This document shows positions 48,859 to 57,894 of a DNA stretch of 64,000 nucleotides, one piece after another (the stretch's first letter is position 1; every line of letters begins with the position of its first letter). Below the pieces are notes generated by a model. That model was not told the origin of the DNA and did not search any database. It saw only the letters and a list, made by a program, of their open reading frames with translations. The stretch is taken from NCBI GenBank assembly GCA_051251915.1, contig JBPOGF010000010.1, positions 32,001-96,000 of the forward strand, in the 5' to 3' direction. Source of the stretch: Akkermansiaceae bacterium. Its GTDB lineage: Bacteria; Verrucomicrobiota; Verrucomicrobiia; Verrucomicrobiales; Akkermansiaceae. The position numbers and the translations under genes are program-made.

Positions 48859-50412
48859 ATGAAAATGAAGATAATAAGTAGTGTGATAATGGGATCTTTA
48901 AGTTCCATGACTGTCTCGGCTGAGACATGGACGACAGATAGCCAAGAGGAATGGAATAAGAACCTTACGAAGAAGGATGGACTGGAGATAGCCGATGGTT
49001 TTGCAAGTCCTGCTGCCAAGGAGGCAGTGCTTTCGAGTGTGATCAAGCGCTTTGATAAGAAGAGATCGGCTCAGTCGATTGAGATTGGGCAATCTCCTGT
49101 TTGGTTGAATTGGGAACCAGTGAAAAATATAGGGCCTTCTAACCTCAAAGATGCGCCGGTGTTCCTTCAGATGGGACCAGGGAACTATTGGATGTTTGGG
49201 CGGTATGGAAGAGGAAAAGTTAAGGGATTCGAACCTAAATCAACTAAGCTAGAAGGCTTCGATACCCCTCTGATGACGACTCCTTTCAAAAATCAATTTA
49301 ATGCACCAGGTGGTCTCGAAAAAAGTCAAGGTGGGTATCATGCTTGGCAGAGTAGGGATATGGTTAACTGGGTGCATCATGGTGCAGTCACCGATAGTAA
49401 GGGCAAGTGGATGACTACTGCTGAGTATGTGGACGGCAAGGCTTACTTTTACTATGATTTCCCTAACGATCAAGACCCACATCTTGTGATCGATGATGAT
49501 CTGACTGATGGTAAGTTAGGCAAGGATATGGGGATGGCATTTAAAGATCCATCGGGTGGATCCGACTGTGCGTTTATTCGTGATTTGGATGGTAATTTCC
49601 ATGTGATTGCTGAGGATTGGAGCCCGATTGATGCGAGTAAGCATGCGTGGGATTCTCCGTTAGCGACTCATGCTGTTAGTCCTGATGGGATTAGAGATTT
49701 TAAAATTCTCCCTCCACCAGTAGATGAGCGCACTAAGCCGACTGGAAAATTTGCGGAATTTCTTCATCCACATTGGCATAAGGAAGACCCTGAGAATTAC
49801 CCGGGGAAAGTTTACGAGGGCGATAAGCCATACCACGGTATAAAACCTGGGAAGAAAGCTGCATTCTCACGCTATGAAATTCATGAACCTGCGCAGAATG
49901 CGTTTGGTGACTGGGCTTCTATTGCGATCGGTGGGCAGTATTATTTGTTTGGTGACTTTGATCCCGCAACGGCTCACGGCGACAAAAAAGCGATGAGTGT
50001 GGCTTGGTTCACCTCTTCTAGCATCGACAAGCAGTTTAGTTTTTGTGGAAACCTTGGAAGCGGTCACCCTGACCCTGATGTGGTATTTGCTGAGGGTAAG
50101 TTTTACTTAGCGACCCAAATGAAAACTGATTATGTTAGTTCTGGGCCATGGGTAGAGAGTGTGGAAGTCCGTGTTGGAGTTGATACTGATAACGATGGAG
50201 CGATTGATCAGTGGAGCGAGTGGCAGCAGGTGAGGGAGAGTTATGATTATATTTCAGGCTTTGCTAAGCAAGTGGCTAGAACTCCTGCGAAGTTGGATCT
50301 CTCTAAGTTACCGGAAGGTTATGGTTTTCAGTTCGAAATGAAGCTTACTGATACTACGGAGAATGCGTCTAAACCTCTGCTTGATAAAGTGTCGGTCACT
50401 TTTGGAGAATAA
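48859..50412 (+). CDS. Secreted hypothetical protein, probable beta-propeller glycoside hydrolase
   Basis: Signal peptide; DAPVF, WQSRDMVNW Asp-box-like, GSDCAFIRD, GQYYLFGD, GHPDPD blade motifs. Confidence 0.5.
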   Translation: MKMKIISSVIMGSLSSMTVSAETWTTDSQEEWNKNLTKKDGLEIADGFASPAAKEAVLSSVIKRFDKKRSAQSIEIGQSPVWLNWEPVKNIGPSNLKDAPVFLQMGPGNYWMFGRYGRGKVKGFEPKSTKLEGFDTPLMTTPFKNQFNAPGGLEKSQGGYHAWQSRDMVNWVHHGAVTDSKGKWMTTAEYVDGKAYFYYDFPNDQDPHLVIDDDLTDGKLGKDMGMAFKDPSGGSDCAFIRDLDGNFHVIAEDWSPIDASKHAWDSPLATHAVSPDGIRDFKILPPPVDERTKPTGKFAEFLHPHWHKEDPENYPGKVYEGDKPYHGIKPGKKAAFSRYEIHEPAQNAFGDWASIAIGGQYYLFGDFDPATAHGDKKAMSVAWFTSSSIDKQFSFCGNLGSGHPDPDVVFAEGKFYLATQMKTDYVSSGPWVESVEVRVGVDTDNDGAIDQWSEWQQVRESYDYISGFAKQVARTPAKLDLSKLPEGYGFQFEMKLTDTTENASKPLLDKVSVTFGE

Positions 50413-50460
50413 GATCTAGAAGCAGATTTAGATAGCTACATCAAATTTTGATGTAGACGA

Positions 50461-50503
50461 AATGAAGCCTATACCCAATGTTTATTGTGGTATAGGTTTC
50501 ATT
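50461..50503 (+). terminator. Stem-loop between the propeller and SGNH genes
   Basis: AATGAAGCCTATACC-N13-GGTATAGGTTTCATT; preceded by the palindrome CTACATCAAA-T-TTTGATGTAG. Confidence 0.5.
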
Positions 50504-50522
50504 ATTGTTTAACTTGACCATC

Positions 50523-51299
50523 ATGAAGAAAATTCTATTTACATTGTTGTTCGCGCTTTTTCAGTCGACTATTGGGTTGGCTGATGAGGCAGAGACGGTT
50601 CCGTCTATTGAGACTGAGCAGGATGAGTTTTATACTCCGGAAAAAGATAAGAAAAATATCAAGGCTAAGAGTACGCGTGTGGAAGGTCTGCCGAATGTGT
50701 TGATCATTGGGGATTCTATTTCAATTGGCTATACCAAGCCGGTGATTGCAGAACTGAAAGGGTTGGCGAATGTTTCTAGAATTCGGGAGAATGGTGGTGA
50801 TACGGATAGGGGCTTGACGAAGATTGATAAGTGGTTGGGTCAGAAAAAGTGGGATGTGATTCATTTCAACTGGGGGCTGTGGGATCTGTGCTATCGTCAT
50901 CCGGAATCTAAGAATCAAGGGAATAGAGATAAGGTAAGAGGGATGGTTACTAATTCGCCTGAAGAGTATGGGGAGAAGCTAGAGAAGCTTGTGGTTAGAC
51001 TGGAGAAAACCGGGGCTAAGTTGATCTGGGCGTCGACAACGTTTGTGCCTGAGGATGAATTGGGTCGGATAGTAGGGGATGATGCTAAATACAATGCGGT
51101 AGCAGAGAAAATCATGGAAAGGCATGGCGTGATGATTAACGATCTTCATGCGTTGTCTTTGATGATCAAGGATCATACTGTGGGGAAAGGTAATGTTCAT
51201 TTTACAAAGGCGGGAAGCCAGAAGCTGGGTGAGAAAGTAGCAGAGGTCATTAAAAAGCAAATTCCTCAACCGAAAGTGATAGAGTACGATCTTAAATAG
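50523..51299 (+). CDS. SGNH/GDSL hydrolase (probable carbohydrate esterase)
   Basis: IIGDSIS, HFNWGLWD, NVHF; signal peptide from MKKILF. Confidence 0.88.
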   Translation: MKKILFTLLFALFQSTIGLADEAETVPSIETEQDEFYTPEKDKKNIKAKSTRVEGLPNVLIIGDSISIGYTKPVIAELKGLANVSRIRENGGDTDRGLTKIDKWLGQKKWDVIHFNWGLWDLCYRHPESKNQGNRDKVRGMVTNSPEEYGEKLEKLVVRLEKTGAKLIWASTTFVPEDELGRIVGDDAKYNAVAEKIMERHGVMINDLHALSLMIKDHTVGKGNVHFTKAGSQKLGEKVAEVIKKQIPQPKVIEYDLK

Positions 51300-51318
51300 A
51301 GGAAATAAAGTGATCACT

Positions 51319-52566
51319 ATGAAAAAAATGTTACTGAGATTAATAACACTGTCTGTTTTATCAACGTTGTCTGCCTTTGCACAAGGGGCGAATGATGCTG
51401 TTATGTTAGAAGGTCAAAAAATCACGCTGAAGGGTAAGGTGATGGATGCTGATGGTAATTGGCTTAATGATGTTGATGTTTGGATGAAGCAGGCGGGTGT
51501 TAAGGTTATTAGCGATCCGAATGGAGATTTTACGGTTGAATTTTTGTGGAGTGATAAGCTCAAACCGAATGCTCGTGGAATTATAGCGACGTTGAGATTT
51601 CAGAAAGAAGGGCATCTTGATAAGATTGTGCGAATTAAGTCGAAAGAGTTTTTCTCTAAGCCTAAACTTTTAAAGGTTAAGCTTCTGCCTAAACCGATAG
51701 AAAAAGATATAGTAGGTTTTACAGCCCAGATGACGACGACCAACGGGATGGGTAAGAAAGCGACAGGTAACGCTGAATTTCATGTTTATATCCCTGAGTC
51801 TGTGGATAAGGTGAGGGCTGCATTTTATCTATCGCGTCATGGCATGGGGAATATAACGCACCCTATCTTACAGAAGTTTGCACTGGAGGAGAAAGTTGCA
51901 CTTGTGGCGATGTATGGGGATCCGGTGCAGCGCGGTCTTACGGATGTGAGCTTGATTGATGAGCATGTGAAAAAACTTGCTGAGTTATCGGGACACCCAG
52001 AGCTCGTGGATGCTCCAATACTTACTTTTGGGCACTCTAATGGGACTGGGTTTGCTGCTTGTTGGCCTGCTCAGCGACCGGAAAAATCTCTTGGTTGGAT
52101 TTCTTTTCACCCTGGATTTAATGCTTATTTACAATTTCCGAATACCGAAAAAATCCCTTCTATGGTTATGCTAGGGACAGTGGATAAATATTTTCTCAAT
52201 GGTCGACAGGATGAGACTGTAAAGGAGATGCGTAAAACGCGTGATGCAGCTATGAATACTATGCTGGAGGCTGGTGTCGGGCATGGTCCGGTGGATCCAG
52301 ATATCGTTTGGGAATTTGTTGTGGAATTTTGTAAAGCGGCAATGCGTGCGCGACTAGGTGATGATGGGAAGCTTAAGCTTATTAAGATTGAAGCTGGTTG
52401 GATGGGAACTAGTTACGATGTTGAGGTTGGGGGTAGGCAGCTTCTGGAGGTTGCTCCATATGCTGAATTTAAGGGAAACAAATCAACGGCAAATTGGCTA
52501 ATGGATGAGCAGTTTGCTAAGGTATGGCAAGCGTATGGATGGACGGATCATCTTAAAAAGAAGTAA
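51319..52566 (+). CDS. Secreted alpha/beta hydrolase with N-terminal carboxypeptidase-regulatory-like domain
   Basis: ITLKGKVMDADG..L.DV.V..SDPNGDF transthyretin-like domain; GHSNG nucleophile, G..D, GVGH. Confidence 0.7.
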   Translation: MKKMLLRLITLSVLSTLSAFAQGANDAVMLEGQKITLKGKVMDADGNWLNDVDVWMKQAGVKVISDPNGDFTVEFLWSDKLKPNARGIIATLRFQKEGHLDKIVRIKSKEFFSKPKLLKVKLLPKPIEKDIVGFTAQMTTTNGMGKKATGNAEFHVYIPESVDKVRAAFYLSRHGMGNITHPILQKFALEEKVALVAMYGDPVQRGLTDVSLIDEHVKKLAELSGHPELVDAPILTFGHSNGTGFAACWPAQRPEKSLGWISFHPGFNAYLQFPNTEKIPSMVMLGTVDKYFLNGRQDETVKEMRKTRDAAMNTMLEAGVGHGPVDPDIVWEFVVEFCKAAMRARLGDDGKLKLIKIEAGWMGTSYDVEVGGRQLLEVAPYAEFKGNKSTANWLMDEQFAKVWQAYGWTDHLKKK

Positions 52567-52584
52567 ACACCTAACATTTAAAAA

Positions 52585-54066
52585 ATGAATCAAAGTCAAC
52601 GAATCTATTTGCACCTTATCCGCGTCGTACTTTGTTGTATCGGCTTTATGACCAGTTGTTGTGCTGGCTCAGAGAGAGAGGAGTCTCAAGTATTTAAGGT
52701 TAGTGATTTTGGAGCAGTTGGTGATGGGGCGACTCTTAATACAAGAGCAATTCAGAAGGCGATAGATCAATGTTCTGAAGCTGGGGGAGGTAAGGTTTGG
52801 GTGCCAGCAGGACGCTTTGTTATTGGGACGGTACAGCTTAAAAGCAATGTGACTCTATCACTTGATCATGGAGCAGAGTTGTTAGGCAGCCAGGAGATGA
52901 AGGACTACCCTGTTGATAAGTTGCGGCCCGCGCGTGAGGGCCAATCACAGTGCCTGCTTTATGCGGAGGACGCAACTAATATCCGGCTGGAAGGTCTAGG
53001 GGTGATTGACGGACGTGGTAGTCCGGAACATTTTCCGCGTCGGGCGGGACCTCGAGGTAGAGATAATCGTCCGAGGTTAATTCGTTTTGAGAATTGTGAT
53101 AACCTGGTTTTTTCGGGTCTAACTTATAAGAATCCTGCATTTTGGGGGATTCATTTGGTGGACTGTAGGGTGGTGCACTTTACTGCGGTTAAGGTGCGCA
53201 TGCGGAATAATAATTATAATAATGATGGGCTTGATATCGATGGTTGCGAGGATGTGCTTATTGAGGACTGCGATATCATTGCTGGTGATGATGGGATATG
53301 CTTGAAGAGTTCGCGACAGCCATGTCGGAATATCGTGGTTCGCAACTGCAAGGTTAGTAGTAATACGGCAGCACTGAAATTAGGGACATCCTCTTATGGT
53401 GGATTTATAGATATCAATGTCAGTAACTGTTATTTTTATGATTGTCCGATGGGCGCGATCAAGTTGCAGTCTGTTGATGGGGGGCGTCTGGAGAATGTGA
53501 CGATTTCTCGGATTGTTATGGAGGAAGTTGGCGCACCTATTTTTATCCGTCTCGGGAACCGTGGTCGTGGCTACACGAAAAATACTAAAACTGGTTCTAA
53601 CCAGGGGCAGGCTGTAAAGCCGGAGGGCGCTGGTGTGGGTATCATTAAGAATATTCGGATCAGTGATGTGGTGGCTAAGGTGACCATTGAGGATCGTGAG
53701 AAGGCTGCGAACGCTCATTACAAGAAGCTAAAGGTCGATGTTTCAGCAGGGGTTACTGACAAGGAAAAGGCTAAGGCTGGTCCTATCATGATTACAGGTA
53801 TCCCTGGGCATTACGTTGAAGATGTTATTTTTGAGAATATAGTTATTTCTTATCCTGGACACGGAACTGAAGCCGATGCTAAGCGCAAGGTGCCTGAAGA
53901 TGTTGCACGCTACCCTGAGCAGTATTTTTTTGGTGTGTTGCCTGCTTGGGGCGGGTACATTAGACATGCAAAAAACGTGCAATTTAAAAATGTGACGATG
54001 ACGTCCCTAGCTAAAGACGCGCGAGAAAAAATTGTGCTTGATGATGTAGAGGGCTTTGTTGATTAA
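52585..54066 (+). CDS. GH28-like beta-helix glycoside hydrolase
   Basis: DFGAVGDG...AIQKAID...[34 protein letters not shown]. Confidence 0.85.
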   Translation: MNQSQRIYLHLIRVVLCCIGFMTSCCAGSEREESQVFKVSDFGAVGDGATLNTRAIQKAIDQCSEAGGGKVWVPAGRFVIGTVQLKSNVTLSLDHGAELLGSQEMKDYPVDKLRPAREGQSQCLLYAEDATNIRLEGLGVIDGRGSPEHFPRRAGPRGRDNRPRLIRFENCDNLVFSGLTYKNPAFWGIHLVDCRVVHFTAVKVRMRNNNYNNDGLDIDGCEDVLIEDCDIIAGDDGICLKSSRQPCRNIVVRNCKVSSNTAALKLGTSSYGGFIDINVSNCYFYDCPMGAIKLQSVDGGRLENVTISRIVMEEVGAPIFIRLGNRGRGYTKNTKTGSNQGQAVKPEGAGVGIIKNIRISDVVAKVTIEDREKAANAHYKKLKVDVSAGVTDKEKAKAGPIMITGIPGHYVEDVIFENIVISYPGHGTEADAKRKVPEDVARYPEQYFFGVLPAWGGYIRHAKNVQFKNVTMTSLAKDAREKIVLDDVEGFVD

Positions 54067-54116
54067 TATGGGGGAAATTAATAAGGCAAAAAGTAAACTT
54101 AAAATATAATACAAAA

Positions 54117-55610
54117 ATGAAAGCGCTAGTTCCAATAATTACGAGCCTAGGACTAATGGGGCCTTTGCTAGGCTCTGATAAACCCAATGTGGTTATTTTG
54201 TATGCGGATGATATGGGGGTGGCTGATGTTTCCTATGGTGATGTTGAGGCGAAGATTCAGACTCCTAATATTGATCGTCTAGCTAGCGAGGGTATGAGGT
54301 TTAGTGATGGACATAGTTCGTCAGGGGTTTGCACGCCGAGTCGTTTTGCAATGCTAACTGGGCAACACCATTGGCGTCGTTTCCACGGGATTGTGAATGC
54401 ATTTGGGAAATCGGTTTTTAAAAAAAACGAGTATACCATCGCGCGGATGTTTAAGAAGCAGGGGTATAAAACAGGCTGTTTTGGTAAGTGGCATCTTGGT
54501 TGGGATTGGGATGCGATTCGTAAGGAAGGTGTGGCGAAGAAAGACATGGCTCTAGCCTCGTCTTACGACTGGACTATGCCATTTCCTGGTGGCCCGATTG
54601 ATCAGGGGTTTGATTATTACTTTGGTGACGGAACGATTAACTTTCCTCCTTACTGCTGGATTGAGAATGATAAATTTGTGACGACCCCTACTAAAAGAGT
54701 AATCAAGTCCAAGCCGCTAGCGGGTGGTGGTAGTTTTAGACCTGGACCAATGGCAGAGGGCTGGAATCCTTATGACATTTTGCCAACAGTGACTAAGAAG
54801 GCAGTCGAGTGGATAGAGGAGCAGGATAAGGATCAGCCATTTTTCGTCTACTTAGCTTTTAACTCACCTCACTATCCTATTGTACCTAACAAGGAATTTC
54901 ATGGGAAGTCTAGGGCCGGTTTTTATGGAGACTTTATGATCGAGACGGATGCTATGGTGGGCAAGGTGATGAATGCACTGGAGAAGAAAGGAGTGGCAGA
55001 CAATACCATTGTTATTTTCACGGCAGATAATGGAGCTGAGACACTAGGCTATGATCGTCTAGAGAAATTTGATCACTGGAGCTCTGGAGACTATCGTGGA
55101 TTAAAGCGTGATATTTATGAAGGTGGACATCGTGTTCCATTCGTGGTGCGCTGGCCAGATATAATCAAGGCTGGATCACAATCAGATGAGGTGGTGAGTC
55201 AGGTGGATTTGGCTGCAACGTTTGCAGAGATCATTGGTGAGCCATTGAATAATGAAGAGGCGATCGATAGCTATAACCTACTCCCTGTATGGAAAGGCAA
55301 AGAATACAAAAAGCCGCTCCGCACTGCCACTGTCCAGAATACCAAGAAAGGAAAATACGCACTCCGCCAAGGTGACTGGGTCTATATCAATGACTCTAAA
55401 GGAAACTCACAAGGCGAGAGTAAGGCATTTTTGAAGAAGTTTGGCTTAAGTACATTCCCTAAAGAGGCAGCAGGGTTGCTTTTCAATCTTAAAGAGGATC
55501 CAAGACAATCTAAAAACCTCTACGCTGAGCAACCCGAAAAGGTGAAAGCAATGAGTGAGCTTTTGAAGAAGTATGTCGATGGGGAACGCTGTGCTCCTGA
55601 GAGAAAATAA
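54117..55610 (+). CDS. Arylsulfatase A-like sulfatase
   Basis: [31 protein letters not shown]. Confidence 0.95.
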   Translation: MKALVPIITSLGLMGPLLGSDKPNVVILYADDMGVADVSYGDVEAKIQTPNIDRLASEGMRFSDGHSSSGVCTPSRFAMLTGQHHWRRFHGIVNAFGKSVFKKNEYTIARMFKKQGYKTGCFGKWHLGWDWDAIRKEGVAKKDMALASSYDWTMPFPGGPIDQGFDYYFGDGTINFPPYCWIENDKFVTTPTKRVIKSKPLAGGGSFRPGPMAEGWNPYDILPTVTKKAVEWIEEQDKDQPFFVYLAFNSPHYPIVPNKEFHGKSRAGFYGDFMIETDAMVGKVMNALEKKGVADNTIVIFTADNGAETLGYDRLEKFDHWSSGDYRGLKRDIYEGGHRVPFVVRWPDIIKAGSQSDEVVSQVDLAATFAEIIGEPLNNEEAIDSYNLLPVWKGKEYKKPLRTATVQNTKKGKYALRQGDWVYINDSKGNSQGESKAFLKKFGLSTFPKEAAGLLFNLKEDPRQSKNLYAEQPEKVKAMSELLKKYVDGERCAPERK

Positions 55611-55729
55611 CTCATGTCTTACCACAAGCTACTTTCTGAAGCGATAGATTCACTGAATGCTCCATTTAAAGATGAGATAAAGTTAGACAATAGTGTGCGT
55701 GAGAAAAGAAAACAAGAACAACCAACACT

Positions 55730-57193
55730 ATGAAATATACTTTACTGAGCCTCTACCTAGGAACTGTTGCGGTTCTGCTCCCGACTCAACTCAAAGCAGA
55801 AGAAGAGAAGCCTAACATTATCGTCATTATGGCCGATGACCTGGGTTATAATGATCTAGGTAGCTATGGCTGCAAAGACATCCCAACACCCCATCTGGAT
55901 AAACTGGCGGAAGATGGTGTTCGTTTTACATCTGGGTATGTGACTTGGCCGATGTGTGGACCTTCGCGTGCTGGTTTTCTAACAGGAAAGCATCAGTCCA
56001 AGTTCGGATACTACAAAAATGTCTCAGCACCCTTTGATCCTAATCAGGGTCTGCCGAAGATGGAGACAATTGCTAGCCTCTTGAAGAAACAGGGTTACGT
56101 GACTGGAGGCGTCGGTAAATGGCACATGGGAACCACCGATGACCAGCACCCAAACTCGATGGGGTTTGATGACTGGTTCGGTTTTCTCGGTGGTGGTCTG
56201 ATGTATTTCCCGCTCGACCATCCATCGTATAAGGGGCGCTTCACCCCCATCAAGCGACCTCTGAATATGAAGTACATGCAGCACACCCTGCCTTTAATTC
56301 ATAATCGCACACCAGTGAAATGGGAGCATTATCTCACACGTGAACTGACTGATGCCGGGGTTCGCTTTCTGGAGAAGAATAAGGAAAAGCCGTTCTTCCT
56401 CTTTATGTCCTACAATGCACCGCATCTCGACCTGGAAGCACCAGAAGAAACAATCGCTAAATTTCCTGCGGAAAAAATGTCTAAAGTCCCTGGCGTAAAA
56501 CCGCAAGCCCGCTCTGTTTATGCAGCCATGGTTTATGAAATGGATCAGGGGATCGGACAACTGCTGGCTAAAGTCAATGAACTCGGACTCGATGATAACA
56601 CCGTGGTGTGGTTTCTCAGTGACAATGGAGGGATGAAGGCTACGAGTGACAACCGACCGCTTAGAGGCACCAAGGGAAATACTTATGAGGGTGGTTTACG
56701 TGTGCCGATGATTGTGAAATGGCCTGGCAAAACCTCGCAAGGAGTTGTGCTCGAGGACATGGTCACCTCGCTCGATATTGGTGCAACTTCGATCGCAATG
56801 GCCGGCGGCGATCCTGAAAAAGCTGGACTACACGGAAAAGACATTCGTCCTTACATGACCCAGCAGTCGACCGAAGCTCCGCATGATGTGTTGTTTTGGC
56901 ACACTGGTCGCAATGCTAATACATCTGGAGTGATCCGTGATGGGGATTTTAAGCTGATCAGTGGAGGTAGGGGGAATCCGGAGTTGTATAACCTGAAGGA
57001 CGATCTCGGGGAGACAAAGAATTTAGCAGATCAATTTCCTGAAAAAGTCCAATCAATGCGCGCGCGTTGGCTGGAGTGGAATAAGGACATGAAACCGCCA
57101 CTATGGGAAGGCGGAGAAAATATCCAATATGAGGATTACGACTGGCTCATAGGAAGCCCGCATTATAAGAAAAAATCGGAAGATAAAAATTAG
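55730..57193 (+). CDS. Sulfatase (GALNS-like)
   Basis: PNIIVIMADDLGY, CGPSR, GKWHMG, SDNGG, YEGGLRVP. Confidence 0.95.
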   Translation: MKYTLLSLYLGTVAVLLPTQLKAEEEKPNIIVIMADDLGYNDLGSYGCKDIPTPHLDKLAEDGVRFTSGYVTWPMCGPSRAGFLTGKHQSKFGYYKNVSAPFDPNQGLPKMETIASLLKKQGYVTGGVGKWHMGTTDDQHPNSMGFDDWFGFLGGGLMYFPLDHPSYKGRFTPIKRPLNMKYMQHTLPLIHNRTPVKWEHYLTRELTDAGVRFLEKNKEKPFFLFMSYNAPHLDLEAPEETIAKFPAEKMSKVPGVKPQARSVYAAMVYEMDQGIGQLLAKVNELGLDDNTVVWFLSDNGGMKATSDNRPLRGTKGNTYEGGLRVPMIVKWPGKTSQGVVLEDMVTSLDIGATSIAMAGGDPEKAGLHGKDIRPYMTQQSTEAPHDVLFWHTGRNANTSGVIRDGDFKLISGGRGNPELYNLKDDLGETKNLADQFPEKVQSMRARWLEWNKDMKPPLWEGGENIQYEDYDWLIGSPHYKKKSEDKN

Positions 57194-57220
57194 ACTATCA
57201 TCTGAGTTTTATCGCTGAGG

Positions 57221-57886
57221 CTATTTATCTGTGGGTAAAATGCCGGTTTCGTATGCTTTAGCGACGGCAGAGGGTGCATTCACGACATGGAGTTTTTCGA
57301 AGATATGACCAATATGATTATCAACTGTCTTAATGCTGATTTGGAGCTTGTCGCCAATTTCTTTTCTGGCACTGCCTTCGGCTATCAGTAACAGAACTTC
57401 CATTTCCCGCTCCGTAAGCTCTGAATCAGCCTCGCTGGTGGCTTCTCTACTCTTAAATGAGTTGAGGATATATTTGGCCATTTTCGGATCGAGCGGAGAG
57501 CCTCCTGCCATGACGTTATGGATTCCCGATCTTATATCCTGAATAGAAGCAGATTTTAGTAGGTATCCGACAGCTCCTTGTTTAATGGCACGTAGGATAT
57601 CAGCTTCTTTTTCGGACTGGGTAAGGACTATTATCTTAGAACTTGGACTTTGTTTGGTGAGTTCTGGCAGCGCATCTATTCCAGAAATACCCGGCAGATT
57701 TAGGTCAAGCAAAACGACATCAGGCACTACCTTGTTCCGCGGATTTTGAAAACTGCGCAAGGCTTGTTCGGCCGTAGCGAATTGACTATTAAGTTCCAGC
57801 TTTAGATCGTTGCGGAAAGCGAATTTGATGACATACCGATACTCGGGGTCATCTTCCACCAACATGATTTTGATTTTTGTTTTCAT
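57221..57886 (-). CDS. NarL/LuxR-family response regulator (system 3)
   Basis: VEDD, LLDLNLPG, GAVGYLLK, LTEREMEVL...TVDNH; start refined to MKTKIK. Confidence 0.95.
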   Translation of the reverse strand: MKTKIKIMLVEDDPEYRYVIKFAFRNDLKLELNSQFATAEQALRSFQNPRNKVVPDVVLLDLNLPGISGIDALPELTKQSPSSKIIVLTQSEKEADILRAIKQGAVGYLLKSASIQDIRSGIHNVMAGGSPLDPKMAKYILNSFKSREATSEADSELTEREMEVLLLIAEGSARKEIGDKLQISIKTVDNHIGHIFEKLHVVNAPSAVAKAYETGILPTDK

Positions 57887-57894
57887 TGAAATTT

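Noticed and set aside
50436..50459. Seventh response-regulator box (CTACATCAAATTTTGATGTAGAC)
   Set aside because: Ends in TAGAC, but its symmetry is one base off the 7-4-7 geometry and it abuts another hairpin; it may be a different operator or an RNA structure
55630..55690. GCGATAGAT and TTAGAC as further regulator boxes
   Set aside because: No convincing left half-site or correctly spaced -10
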